Of a stretch of DNA of 64,000 bases, positions 40,900 to 53,963 are shown in pieces (within the stretch, counting starts at the first letter, position 1; every line of letters starts with the position of its first letter). Made by a program: the position numbers and the translations under genes. Under the pieces are notes generated by a model, which saw only the letters and a list, made by a program, of their open reading frames with translations, ran no database searches and was not told where the DNA came from. The DNA lies in the NCBI GenBank assembly GCA_013265495.1, contig MU058781.1, positions 2,520,158 to 2,584,157 on the forward strand, given 5' to 3'. Origin of the DNA: Vicugna vicugna. Its lineage: Eukaryota.

Positions 40900-43035
40900 T
40901 TCCTTTTCTGTTAAAATCTGTATTCTTTTTCTATTTCCTGACTTTTTGCTGCATCATAGCCTATTAATAGTGAATTCAGATTTCCTCCCCCACCATATAA
41001 TTATTTTTCTATTTCTTTTGAACAGTTTTTTAAAATGTATTCTGTTGGCTACTTGTTGTGTTGTAAGAGTTTAATGTTGAACCTTGCATTGTTTAAACTC
41101 TTGACTAAATTATCCTTGGTCTTACTTTTAAGCAGTTGACCTTAAATTCCACTTATATTCCATTCCTGCTTTTCTGTTTAGGGCTGAGCTTCTTGTTTAG
41201 AATTACTGCTATGTTCTGATTATTTTTCAGCATTATTTCCTCCATTAGGAATATACTCAAAGCCTTTGAATCTATTTTGGTTGGTAAAACTGTGCATTTC
41301 ACTAAATGCTCCAAGAACCACTCTGATCTGCTCAGTATGCCTTTAGGGAGGCGTGGTGATGCTCCTGGAGGCTGCTGTCCGGTCAGACACTGGCTCCAAG
41401 CTTTCAGAGCTCTGCATCGTAGCATTTGTTCCTTCCTCTCTTATGGGCCTGTCCATTTACCCTGCTTTTGACTTCCATGCCATTTTTATCATGTATTTGG
41501 ATTCCATATATATTCTTTTATTATTTTTATGAAGTTACTGCTCATTTTGATTCATCCACATATTAATCACTTTGGGGATCATTTCATCTTATGTCTCTAG
41601 TTCCCCATATGGGATAATTTTATGTGAAGAATCATCTTTAATTTTCCATTAGTGCAAGTCTGTTGTGACAAATTATCTCAAGTATCATTTATTAGAAAAT
41701 GTCTATTTCTTTTTCATTCTTGAAAAATACTTCTTCTGAGTATAGAAGCATGGAACTCTAGCTTGGCAATTTATTTCTTGAAGCACATTGTTGCTGTTGA
41801 GATGTCGCTAATGAGTCTAATTATTCCTTGTTTGAAGGGAATCTGTCTTTATAATTAAATTTTCTGATACTTGTAAGACTTTTGGCCTCGTCTCTGACTT
41901 GTGCAGTTTCACCGTGATGTGTATGGGTGTGAATTCTCTGTATTTACCCTGCTTGTGGTTTATAGCACTCTTGAATCTGTGGATTCATGTGTTTCATTAG
42001 TTTTTGGAAATTTTTAGACCTTATCTCCTCAAATAATGCTTCTCCCCAGTAATTTATCTCCTCACCTTCTGAGATTCCAGGTCCAGCCTTTGCAGTTTAT
42101 CCTCTTTGTTTTAGATTTAGCTCCTGGATTTTGTGTTCCTTTGTCTCCTGGTCCTTTTATTCTGTGTCGTTTCTTTTATCTCCCAGTTCTTTGTTGTTTT
42201 CAACTGTTCTGTTCTGAACTTAAATCCCTCTAGTGAGTCTAAATTTGATAGTATTTTTTTCAATTCTGTAATTTACATTTGGCTTTTCAAGTACACTGCC
42301 TCCCTTTTCATACTTTCTCATTCTTCTTTGGAATTTTCAGTATGCTTGTCCTTGAACAAAATAAGCACATTTATTTTTAAGTCTCTATATTAGTTCTGAT
42401 ATATTGAACCCCTGTCAATTTGTTCATAATACTGGTTCTTTCATGTTGAATTCTTTTCTTGGGTGCCTGGTTATCTTTGAATATGAGTTAGACATTCTAT
42501 CTGAAAAATTAATGAAATCGTTTGAAGCTTAAGTTGATGATACTTTCCTCCAGAGAAGATTTTAGTTTGCTTCTGTCAGCCTCCTAGCAGGACTAGTCCT
42601 TCCAGTATCAGCTTAATGAGTTTGAAGTGTGTGATTTTCTGGACAACTGTAAGTAACGGTTCATGCGAAGCTTGGTCTGCATTCGGTTCTCTCTTATTCT
42701 TAGAATGAAGCCCTTCAGGCTCTCAACTGGAAACATTTAGGTTTTCATAGGGACACCGCGTATGGCCTGCCTTGGGCTCCGTCATTTACACCCTTCACTC
42801 CTTTAACTTGTCCAAAGAGCTGTTCGGCCTCTTAGCTCCTCCTGAACAAAAGGAGTCCCAATGCCAGTTTCACTTTTTAGACTTGTGTACTCCCCTGGAT
42901 CTTGGCTGAGTAACTTTTCACTGCCTTCTTAAAGTTTCAGTGCCTTCACACTGATAGTATTTATATTTTGCTTAGCTATTCTGCTGTGCTAAGGGAGGGT
43001 CATTTGATTTACTTAATTCATCATTATTAGAAGTC
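40900..43035 (-). mobile_element. Old L1M fragment(s) (antisense)
   Basis: ttttcattcttgaaaaatac, tgcagtttcaccgtgatgtgtatgggtgtg, cttgaatctgtggattcatgtgtttcattagtttttggaaattt, tttcctccagagaagatt. Confidence 0.6.
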
Positions 43036-43634
43036 CCTTATGAAAGTTCTTTATGCAGTTAGAACATTAACCCATTGTCAGCCTATATATTATTGCAATA
43101 CTTTCTCTGTCATCTGCTTTTTTACGTTCAAGTATTTCTTATATATACTGAGAGAGTTTAATTTTTATATATTCAAGTGATTTTTCTTTTGCTTGCTGTT
43201 TTTATTCCTAGAAGACTTGTTTCCACTGTTAAGAATAGCTAAATATTCATCCATATTTTTCTAGTTCTTTCTGTGGTTTTGTTTCTCACATTGACTCATC
43301 AAACTTGTTCTGGAACATGGTGTTTGCTTAACATCTGCTTTACTTTCTTGTCTCATGTGTGAAACCTGCATTGCATGTTTTAGAAGTACATTATCCTTTT
43401 ACCAAGATTTTGAAATATGGCACTTTTTCATCTACTAAGTACATATGTCTGATGGGGTCTTTCTGTGGATTTTCAGTTTCACCATTAATCTGATTTTGAG
43501 AGAATACTGTTCAATCATTTACTCTCTCTCCATGTAGGTGTCTTTACATAATTCTTTTTCAGAATTTTGTTGTCTAATTTAGAATATCTTCCCAAGTGAA
43601 GACTAAAGTCATGTCATATTTTTAAAAAGACACA

Positions 43635-44320
43635 TTTTTTATTGAAGTATAGTCAGTTTACATTGTTGTGTTAATTGCTGGTGTACAACATAGTGATTCA
43701 TTTATATATATATGTTTATATTTATATTTATATACATATATTCCTTTTCATATTCTTTTTCATTATAGGTCATTACAAGATATTGAATATAGTTCCTTGT
43801 CCTATACAGTAGGACCTTGTTGTTTATCTGTTTTATATATAGCAGTTAGTGTCCACAAATCCCAAACTCCTAATTTATCCCTCCCCACCTGGTAACTGTA
43901 AGTTTCTTTTGTGTGTCTGTGAGTCTGTTTCTGTTTTGTAAATAAGTTTATTTTTCTCCTTTTTAAAATTAATAAAAAAACTTTTTTTAGATTCCACATG
44001 TAAGTAATATATGGTATTTCTCTTTCTGTTTCTGGCTTATTTCCCTAAAGTATGATGATCACCAGGTCCATCCATGTTGCTGAAATGGCATTATTTTATT
44101 CTTTTTTATGGCTGAGTAGTATTCCATTGTGTATATATACCATATCTTCTTTACCCAGTCATCTGTTGATGGATACTTACATTGCTTTCATGTCTTGGCT
44201 ATTGGAAATAGTGCTGTTATAAACACTGGGGTGCATGTAAACACTGGGGTGCATGTACCTTTTAAATTAAGAGTTTTCTCCAGGTAGATGCCCAGGAGTG
44301 GGATTGTTGGATCATAGGGT
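43635..44320 (-). mobile_element. Relatively young L1 3' fragment (3' UTR plus end of ORF2), camelid/cetartiodactyl-like, 5'-truncated
   Basis: tttttattgaagtatagtcagtttaca..., ttccattgtgtatatataccatatcttctttacccagtcatctgttgatggata, cccaggagtgggattgttggatcata: well-preserved antisense L1 3' sequence. Confidence 0.88.
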
Positions 44321-45155
44321 GCAGGGAAAAAGAAGGCAGTTTTCAAAAATTGTTTGAAACTGTATAAAGTTTAGAAATTTGAAAATAATTGATATCATCA
44401 AAATATGAATTCTCTCCAGAAGCATGGACGTTTATAAGTACACTTTAAAATCAGATCAGAAAACTTCAATTTTCTGTTGGTTTTAAATACTTTGTGCTAA
44501 ATTTTTTTAGGCATTTTTCTATTTTTATTGCTGTTATAAATAGAATATTTTTTCATTATGTTGTCTAACAAACTATTTTTGGTAAAAGTGAAAAGGTAGA
44601 TACATGTATGTTTTGGGTAGGCAGCTAACTTACTGAACTCTTGTTAGATGTGATAGAGTTTCAGTTATTTCTCCTAGGAAGTAACTCTAGGAAACCATTA
44701 TGCTATCAGCAAATAATGCTGTTTTCTTCCTTACCATCATTTGTAGCTCCTTTCTCCTTACTCTGTTACTGTATTAGCTATATCATCTGGACAAGTGGTT
44801 AAAAATCATAGTGATTATTACAGGAATCCTTTTGTTATCCTGGACTTCAGAGATTTCTCTAGGGTTTGATTTTGAGTGTTGGCTGTCACTGGCATGGTAA
44901 ATACTCTTTATCATGTTTTCCTAGTGCTCTGAAGTTTTGTTTTGATTTTTCTAATTCCCTCATGACTTCCTATTTGACCCCTCAGCTTTTTAGAAATATG
45001 TTGTTCTGTTTCCAAATATGTGGGGATTTTCCAGATGTCTTTCTGCTGCTTATTTCTCAATTAACTTTGTTGTGGGCAGAGAACATACCAAGTTCTTTTT
45101 TGAGCAACAGACTTTGTTTTTAAATTTAAATTGTCACATGTGCCCAGAGGCTACC

Positions 45156-45681
45156 TTTGTTTTCTATTGCTGTGTAACAAATCACCGTAGCTTTGGAGTT
45201 CAAAAAACACTTATTATAGTTCTGTAGATCAGAGCCTGACATGGTCTCACTGGGATAAAATCAAGGTGTCAGCAGAGCCATGTTTCTTTCTGGAGGCTCT
45301 AGAGGAGAATCCGTTTCCCTGCTCATTCAGGTTACTGGCAGAATTACATTCCTGTGTCTGTGGGCCTGAGCCCCTCCTGTCTGGCGGTCAACTAAAGGTC
45401 ATTCCCAGCCTCTCGAGTCTACCTGCGTTTCCTGGCTCCTAGCTCCCTTCCTCCGTCTTCAGAGCTAGAAATGGCAGGTCAGATCTCAACCTCAAATCTC
45501 TCTTTTGTCTCTTCTGTCGACTGACTGCATGTGAAGGGGCCCTGCGACGATCCAGCTTAGTCTCCCGACGGGCGCCTTAACCGTATCCCATCTGCCCCCT
45601 CTGCCACGTGAGGGAGCCTGTTGGCGGGTCCCAGGGACTGGGGTGTGGCTGTTTGGCAGACCTGTTACTTTGCCTGCCACA
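45156..45681 (-). mobile_element. MLT1 (ERVL-MaLR) solo LTR, MLT1D/E-like, with apparent 5-bp target-site duplication CTACC
   Basis: ttctattgctgtgtaacaaat...aaaatcaaggtgtcagcagagcc...tctggaggctctagaggagaatccgtttcc...gcctgccaca is MLT1-like. CTACC occurs at 45151-45155 and 45682-45686. Confidence 0.85.
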
Positions 45682-45789
45682 CTACCATGCTGGGCAGCAC
45701 AGCTTTACATGGCATTTTATTTTTAAATGATGGCATTTAAAGTTTTTTTTTAAATTTCTTTTTTTTTTTTTTTTTACCATTCTTAGAGC

Positions 45790-47730
45790 TTTTCATTTGT
45801 ATGTATAGCTCCAAATTAAAGTTTTAACATTTCAGTACAGGTCTGCTAGCAATGAATACTCTCTCAGCTTTTGTTTTTCCAGAAAATTCTGCTTTGCCTT
45901 CATTTTTTGGAAGCTGTTGTTTTTGATGCAGAATTCTGGGTTGGTGGTTTATTTTTTCTTTCAATAGTGTTAAAATGTCACTCCATAGTTTCTGTTGATT
46001 AGTTGGCTCTAATTTTCATCTTTGATTCTCTCTCTATATTTTTCTATCCTCTGGGTGCCTTTACCTAGATTTTCTCTCCATCTTTGGTTTTCAGCAGTTT
46101 GAATATTATTTGTCTAAGGTTTTTCTCCTTTTTTTCTTTTAACCACTTGTTTTTTTCCCCCTTCTTTCCTCATTCTTAGCCTTTCTTATTCTTATTCATT
46201 CCGCTGGGGTTCACTAAGCTTTTTGGATCTAGAGTTTGTTGTTTATTTTTGGAAAATTCTTAGTCTTTATTTCTCATGTATTTCTTCTTCCCTGTTTGTT
46301 CTTTCTTCTCCTCCTGTGATCCCAGTGATGCAAGAGACCATTTGATACTGTCCTGTGGCTGCTGGGTGCATTGTTCTTGATTTGCCCCCCCCCATGCTAT
46401 TTGTCTTCCTTGTGTTCTGTTTGGTTAATTTTTACTGGCCTGTCAGTAAGTTCACTCATTCCTTAGTTTTGTTGAGACTATTAATGAGCCTGTCAAAGGC
46501 TTTCTTTATCTCTGTTACTTTGTCTTATTTCTAGCATTTTCATTTGACCCTCTCTGTTTAAATTCCCATTTGTGAATGCGTGTTGTCAGTGTTTTTCTTG
46601 GATCTTTTCAACATGTTATGGTTATGTTAACTTCCCAGTCTGAGAGTTCTGACCCTTGGGTCATCTCTGAGTCTGGTTCTTGAGGTTGCTTTGTCTCTTG
46701 ACAGTGGGTTGATAGTGAACATATCTTGACTTTTTAGTGAATTTTGGAAATTGTGTGCATAACAGTAGATACTGAGGTCAGTAGTTTTTAATGGAAATGG
46801 GTCCTGTTTGTCAGGTCATCAGACGGGAGCTGAAGCAGCCTGCTCAGGAGCTGGGCTGGATTTGGGGACTGCGGTTTGTCATCAGTGTACCACTGGCATC
46901 TAATTCTTCCAGTGGTGGCCTGCCCTTTCCCCAGGCTCATAGTGGGGCTGGGGATCTGGAGTCGCCACCTCCTCAGTCCTCCCTTCGGGGTGGAGCGAGT
47001 GTTGGTGCGAGGCTGGGTGGGGGCAAGTGAGAGTCGCTCTTCATCCCCGTGCAGCCTTGCTCGTGGGCAGTTCCCGTGTTTCTTGCTCCTCTTGTTTCAT
47101 TGGTCCCACATCAGCGAGTTTCGTCTCTCCCCTGGGATAAGGGGTTCCTCTTCCACCCTCCCCCAGCCTCAGGGGTTTTACATTCCCAGTGGGTGGCTGG
47201 CTGGCTGCTGCTCTTTTCCCAGCAGCTTAAAGCTTCAGGCTTCTGCTCCACATGAGAGAAGCGACAAGGTGACCAGGCGGGGCCTGGGGCCCTCTCACCT
47301 GCAGTGGCCGCTGACCCAGTCCTGCCTGCCTGCGTGGGGAGGGCCGTTTTTCTGGTCCCCTGCCCACCCACTGAGCACCTGGTGGAGGCCCACGAGAAAC
47401 CGCCCAGGTGTGAGGGTGAAGTCCCCCAGGTCCGAGGCCCGGCCGATCCATCCCATGCTTGGCCTCCACCAGTTTGCTACAGTTTGGGGGTGATGTTTCC
47501 TCACTCAGGTGGGTGGCTGGCACATTTTCCTCAGCATCTTCCTCCCTGCTGGGCCCCGGCTGAGCTGTCTACATGGCTCTCTGTGAGCCTGGGCTGTCTG
47601 CTTGCCCTGTGACTTCAGCTTTATGGTGGGCTCAGGAGAGCCCACTGACTTTTGTAATGTGGCTGGCTTTTTCTTATTGTTAGGGTCGGGCAACACTTTT
47701 CAAGTTTCTACATCCTGAAGCAGACTCAGC
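45790..47730 (-). mobile_element. Old L1M fragment (ORF1 and 5' region, antisense)
   Basis: T-rich antisense L1 signatures (ctgctagcaatgaatactctctcagcttttg, cagaattctgggttgg, tttcagcagtttgaatat, ggtcatctctgagtctggttct) grading into a GC-rich 5' part. Confidence 0.6.
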
Positions 47731-47929
47731 TGTTTTTATTTTTCAAAAGAAGGAATGGGTGTTGAATTTTATTAAATATCATTCAGTCTTATTCAGAAGG
47801 TCATGTGAATTTCTAATTTATCTTCCCGATGTGGGAAAGTGTATCGGTAGGCTGCCTGACACTAAACTCATCCCTTATTTTCTCTTATTTGGAGAATTCT
47901 TTCATTAGCAATTAGTTCTCCAACACCCA

Positions 47930-48330
47930 TTAAGGGCTGGATGTATAGAGATGAATAATAAATACAAGATCTGTTACATCTTATATTCTAATCAGAAGGT
48001 GGACAAAAACATATAAACAGATGAATAGGGCATTTTAGATTGTGCTCATAATTATGAAAAATGAACAGGTGTGGGCAGTATGGGGCAACTACTGTAGGCA
48101 GGTGGACAGGAACTGCCAGAGGTGACACTGGCGTTAGGATTTAAAGTTTGAAAGTGATCCTGCCGTTTAGAGTTGGGAGTAGGGAGGGCTTTTCCAGAGA
48201 CCGTGAGGGCAAGCTCCCGGGGCAGGAAGGAGCCAGCTGTTGGGGGATCAAGTTCACCTGTAGCTGAAGCATCATGAGTAAGGGGGGTGGTGTGGAGGGA
48301 GGCCAGAAAGGTGGTCAGCATTGTCTTTTA
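47930..48330 (-). mobile_element. L2 fragment
   Basis: cttatattctaatcagaagg...gagggcttttccagagaccgtgagggcaagctcccggggcagg. Confidence 0.45.
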
Positions 48331-50759
48331 GCCAAATTGGATGTCTGAATTCCATTCCCTGAGGGATGGGAAGAACTTGGAGATGGATGTGGCTTCTGGC
48401 GCATGCTAAGTGAAGAAGTTAGGTGTTCGCACATCTCCGTACTTGTTTCCTGATTATACCTCTAGTTTAGTTCTTTATTGCACGTTAATTCATTTGTTAT
48501 TTATCTTGCATTTTCAGTCTCTTTCTCTGCTTTCACTTCCTGTTTATAAGCACACTCAGCCCCTCTTCTCCTAAAGAAACTTCGCCTCAGCCTCCTCTTC
48601 TCTGAAACTGACCTCCTGTCTTTCTCTTCTCCTTCCCAGCCAGTCCCAGGAAGTGGCCTGTATTTGCTGGTCCTTGCTCTTCCCCAAGCCCTCCCTCACT
48701 CCTGGCCCTTCGTGATGTGGTTTTTACCCCCAGAACCCAACTGACGACTGCTCTGAGATAATGACCCCCAAACCAGGCACCCTCGTGTCTCATCCTGTTT
48801 ATCTGAACGTGATATTTGACACTGTTGCTCACATCTTCTTCCTTATAAGTCCCTAAATCCTGGCTTCTTGTTTCTTGTCGTTTCTAGCTCACCCTTAAAT
48901 ACAGGGATTACCCAAGCGTCTGATGCAGATTTCTCTCTACCGTGTGTTCTCTCTGCCTTATCATTTCTTTACTTTTATAAAAACAGCTCTCACTGCGTGC
49001 TCCCAGATCTATGCCTCCAGCCCATTCTTCTCTTTAGGGAAGGAAAGAATGTGCATGTATATTTAATATATCATAATTTTCACATTGCTGCGTAATCTTT
49101 GTAATTATTCTAAATGGATGTATAATGTTGCGTTAAGTGGCTCTGCCATCATTAGCCTCACTGTTTTCCCTGTTGAAAATTTCTCATCCTGGATCTGCAG
49201 CTACAGTTACTTCTGCCCATGGGGATTGACTCTGAGGTCTGGTGGAATGGAAAGTGAATTGATTTTTTTCTTCCCCTCCCAAACTAGCTCAGTCCTCCCA
49301 GATAAAGACAAGAAACCTCAGCAGCATCTTTCGCAAGCCTTTCTCAGGCTTTCTTCCTTTAAATCAGCTAAGAGGACCCCCTGTCACTCCCTGAGTTCAG
49401 GGTAGCATTTCAGCTCTTGCATGAACCACTGAAAGGCCTTCTAAGTGGTCCTCCTGCCTCTGGTCTCTTGATTCTCTGCACACTGTGCTCTCAGTTGTCA
49501 GAAAACAGATAGTCCTTGTGTCCCCAAGACCTGAGAGAGATCTGAAGTTTTTCACATTGATGTGTCTCTGAGTCGGTCTGACAAAGAGATTCACCTTCAG
49601 TCAAGGCAGGATCGTCAACACACTGTCAGGTTGTGGTTCACCATCCCTGCCCTCAACAAAGTGTCCTTTGTCACACTTCAGCTCCTGTTTCCCTCACCAT
49701 TCACCTTTCTTTAGTCAAGTGGCCTCTGTGATCTTTCCAACCTGTTCTCGACTGCCTACCTGATGGAGAGCTGGCTCTTTATAAAGCCCAACAAGTCAGA
49801 GATTCTGACAGTGGCCACCCTGCCAATTTTGGTCCCTCTTCTTCATGTGATTTGTGTCTGTTAAATGAGTTCCCATTTGGATTTCTGGCCTGTCAGTGCC
49901 TCAGAGTTTCTGCCTGATTTTCAGCCATTTCCAGTAGCATGCTGACCGGAACAGAGTTTTCAGCAGAGTTGGTTGACCTTGACTGTGAACCTTTCCCTCC
50001 CCGTTCCCAAGCTGAGTGTGTGTTCTCACTACATAAGGAAAGGGGTTATGTGCCCCAAGTCTGTCCAGCCCTAGTGTTGGTAAAAACCAGCAGCTCTGGG
50101 ATCCTACGATGCTAATAGGCATCCGTGCTCTGAGGCAGACCCTGGTCTATAGGGGAGTGAGCGTGTTATAGAGGCACCATCCTTGCGCGCCTTCTACCGC
50201 TGTCTCAAGGTCTGTCTTTCTGCTTCCTCTAATTTATTTTCAGTTGAGTCTAGCATAATAACAAATTGCCTTTTCAGATACTGAAAAGCATCAGTGCTGA
50301 TGGTGAACAGCTGCTCCGCTCCTGCCCTCCACCCCAAACTGTATTTCTGTTTTGAGGCATTCTGGTCTATATACCTTCTTAGCTCCATGGCCTGTGGTAA
50401 CTGAATACCAGATGTTGTAGATACAGCCTCAATGTTTGATGACTGTGCTCTTTCTTATAGATAAGGGGGCAGGAGTAAATAACTAGTCACTCTCTCATAG
50501 ATAGATTTGAAATTGATCAAGATCAGATTTGAAATTGATCAAGATTAATGTGAGTTGAAAAAACTGTCCCGAGTGCATGGTTCTCAGAGACCCAAGGGCC
50601 TGCTACCTCACACTCCAGGGCATTGATTCTCAAGAGGAGGCTTCTGTTTCTAATTCCTGGCCACCCACTCTGTGTACTCCAGCCCCAAATCCTGAGAACC
50701 AAAGGATACAGAGTGACAACCACATGCAGCTTGCTTTAATTCCACCTCTAGAATGATAG

Positions 50760-51830
50760 TGTGAGATTCCACTCATATGTGCCTGGTACCCTCCCTCTTT
50801 TTACATTTCTCATCCCCTCCACCATTGTCTTCCCTCCTAAGAGCAAGAACAATAACAACAAAGTCCTTATATTTAGAGACTGATCCAACACCCAGGGTCA
50901 TTCCCTTCCAACCACCCACAATGGAATGGACTTTATCCCTTGAACAAGGAGAGTGAACCCTGCTAAAGGAGATCCAACAAAATCTTAGAAGAGTGAACAC
51001 AGTTCAGAAAAACAGGAACATATTCTCCATTGAATGCCTACCCCAACCCACCTGCCGCAGTGACTGCCTATGATCTCAGGCAACAGAAAAGCAGAGAGAG
51101 CGTGAAAAGACAGACCAAAAACTCAGCCGTAAAGGAAATACTACCTCAGAAATGAGTATTTTTTAAGCATTGAACTTAATAAGATCATAAATTTATTAAA
51201 GCAAGAGCTCAAACATAATATGAGACAATAAAATGAGATGAAATGGGAAATACAGAACTAAGGGAACAAAATGAGAACAAAACAACAGCAGTCCAAAACT
51301 TATAAACAAATCTGAAACAGCAAGGAACTTAATGGCCTGAAAATCAAATTATTGATACTATGGGGAAAAGCTTTAGATGATTCTAGAGAAAACAAAAGAG
51401 AAAAACAAAAAGATGGAAGCAATTTACATCACTGCAAGTGTGGTCCTGAATAAAGATAAGATAACTCATATCAGTAAAGTAGGGGAACTCACCCCCATGA
51501 AGCAATTAGCCAGAAAATGTATTTGAAGATACAATAAAAGAAAATGTTTCTGAAATAAACTAAATGAGTCTCCTTTTAGAGGTCATTGTGTTCCAGGAAA
51601 AAAAAATTAAAAGCTGATAGTGGTCAACTCTGGAGTGACTACTAGTTATATTATCAGACTTTGGGGAAGAAAAGGGTTTTGCAGACATGCAGGCAGAAAA
51701 AAGGCACATTAACCTCAAGGAGGGGAAACTACCAGTCAGGCTGGCAGCAGGAACAGAATCTCTACGATTGCCGAAAGCAAAGGCACGTACAGGGTTTTGT
51801 AGGAAAGAACTTGTGTATTAGCACCAAGTA
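50760..51830 (+). mobile_element. Degraded A-rich L1 5'/ORF1-like fragment
   Basis: Strong switch to A-rich strand bias, with L1 ORF1-like text such as aagatacaataaaagaaaatgtttctgaaataa and ggggaaactaccagtcaggctggcagcag. Confidence 0.5.
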
Positions 51831-53963
51831 AGTGTTAAAATTCAAACACAGAACTAAGAGTAAACAACTATGTCAATAGAATGTAAATGTTATAAACTTC
51901 TGTCAAAGTGAAATGAGTCAATCTTCATCTAAAATTGAAACATGTAGTTCAAAAATATGTTTAAAATGTATTTTTTTCAAATTCTTAACTTTTCAGGAAT
52001 TATCTCTGTAAAGAAATAGGGATCTTAAGTGTAGTGATTTCCTTTATTTCACTTCGGCTTCGTTTTCTTTAAGTACAGGGTTAAACTGTATTCTTTTTGT
52101 TTAAAACATACATAGAATGATCCCTTTAAAACTTAAATGTGGTATTTCTGAGTGTTTTGCCTATGGGGTGAATTTTTGCATTTTTTCCTTTGGAGTTTTA
52201 TTTAAACAAGATATTGTTTAATTTTCTTGTTTGCAAATAACTTTAAAAATAAAATCTTATTCCAAAAAGTAAGTAAAACAAACATACCTGCCACAGCCGA
52301 GGCTCTGGTTGCGTAGGTTATGGATGGGGTTTGGCACAGGCAGCTTTAAAAAAAAAAGCTCTTGGAACTGCTGTTCATCCAGGTGGTTTCTTTTCTCTGT
52401 TTCTGTATTCATTCCAATAGCCGAGTGGCTCTCACTTTTATTACAACCCACCTCCAAGCTCCTGGGAAGTGAGTAGGGAACCTACTCGCCCGAGATGATG
52501 CTTATCATTTTTTATTTCGCCCGCTTGCTTGGTATAGTCGGTGAGAGGCATAAAGTACATCACTGATTTTATTGCATTCATCTTGAAGAGGGAAAACCGG
52601 TAGGGAAACATTTATAAGTGAGTGGATTGAAGAATAAAAACGATTTGCTCAACATCATTTTGTAAAGGTATCAACAATACTGATTTTTTTTTTTCTATTC
52701 TACTTTAGCACAAATGTTTTCATTATGAGACCCCCACCTTTTTATCTGCCCTTTTGATTATGGTGGGTAAATGTATCTTTAATATGTATTTTTTTTCATT
52801 AAATTTGTGCATGAAAGCACATAAACTGATGTCACAATATGACTAGAATTTATTTTGTGTTAATTCTTCAGTTAATGCAAAGTGGTTATTTTGTTGTAGA
52901 TATTTTGGTCTAATAGGAATCTCAAATATATATATATTTATGTTTGAACAGCTATTTGAAAATAATTAGGAATTAGCATTTTGGCTTCTATACAAGTAAG
53001 TAATAAAAGCTTGAGTAATTTTTGTTTATGTGCCCAAGGATCCAACAAATGGAAATAAACTAAATTATGGCAAGCAATTATTGCTCAAAAATATAATAGT
53101 TGACAGAGATTGTGGGTGGTTGATGCCATTTAAATGATGATTTATTTCAACACAGCGAGAAATGGAGGTGGTTTCAGCTCTTCTCTCCTGCAGTAAGCTC
53201 CATCTGACCCACCTAACCTACCCACCCACCTGCCCATCTATCACTAAGGACAAAGAAATAGCCATTGAATATCGTGTTCAGTTAAAACGGTGGGGTTTTT
53301 GTAACGAAGGGCCATTACATTATGACTTTTAAATTTTGTTGGTGAAGAACCACAAGTATGTGTCTTATTTCACTTTATTATTTTTCTGTCTGTTGATATA
53401 ATGGCTACATTAGCAGTTCTTCATGGGTCTACCAGTGAATATCACATGATCATCTGAGGTATGTTCGAAAAATCAGTGTATTGAGCCTTTGTTCTCAGAA
53501 GAATGTCTGTATTGCATATTTTAGAGCAATACTGTTATTTAGAAACTTGGTAAAAATTTTGCTGTAAAACATACTAAATGTGATAAGACAAATACCCAGC
53601 ATTAAAAGCCTGAATTTCTTTCTTTTGTGGGCTGGCTCTCTCAGCTGCTGTGCAGTCCTCAGCTGCAGCGGTGAAGGGGAGGATAATTTAGTTTTGAAAG
53701 ATCAGGTTCCAGGGTCTAGGTGAGACAGGCGTCCAGAGAGGAACACAGCATTCTAGAAATGTACACTGAGGCCCCTGCATGGGTGTTTCAGTAGACCTTG
53801 ATTGCCAGAATGTTAGAATGCAGTTTTATCCAAAACAGGCTTTCCTTAAACTGCCTTCTTCAATTGTCATAACACCTCGATGACAGTAATGTTAATTTTT
53901 TTAAAAATCATAGTGTGTATTACCGTTTTACCAATTGGTTTCTTCTTTTTCTTTTTTGAACAG

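Noticed and set aside
46791..47696. 205-aa ORF and neighbouring ORFs
   Set aside because: They lie in the GC-rich part of a decayed L1-like element, with no recognisable domain or exon structure.
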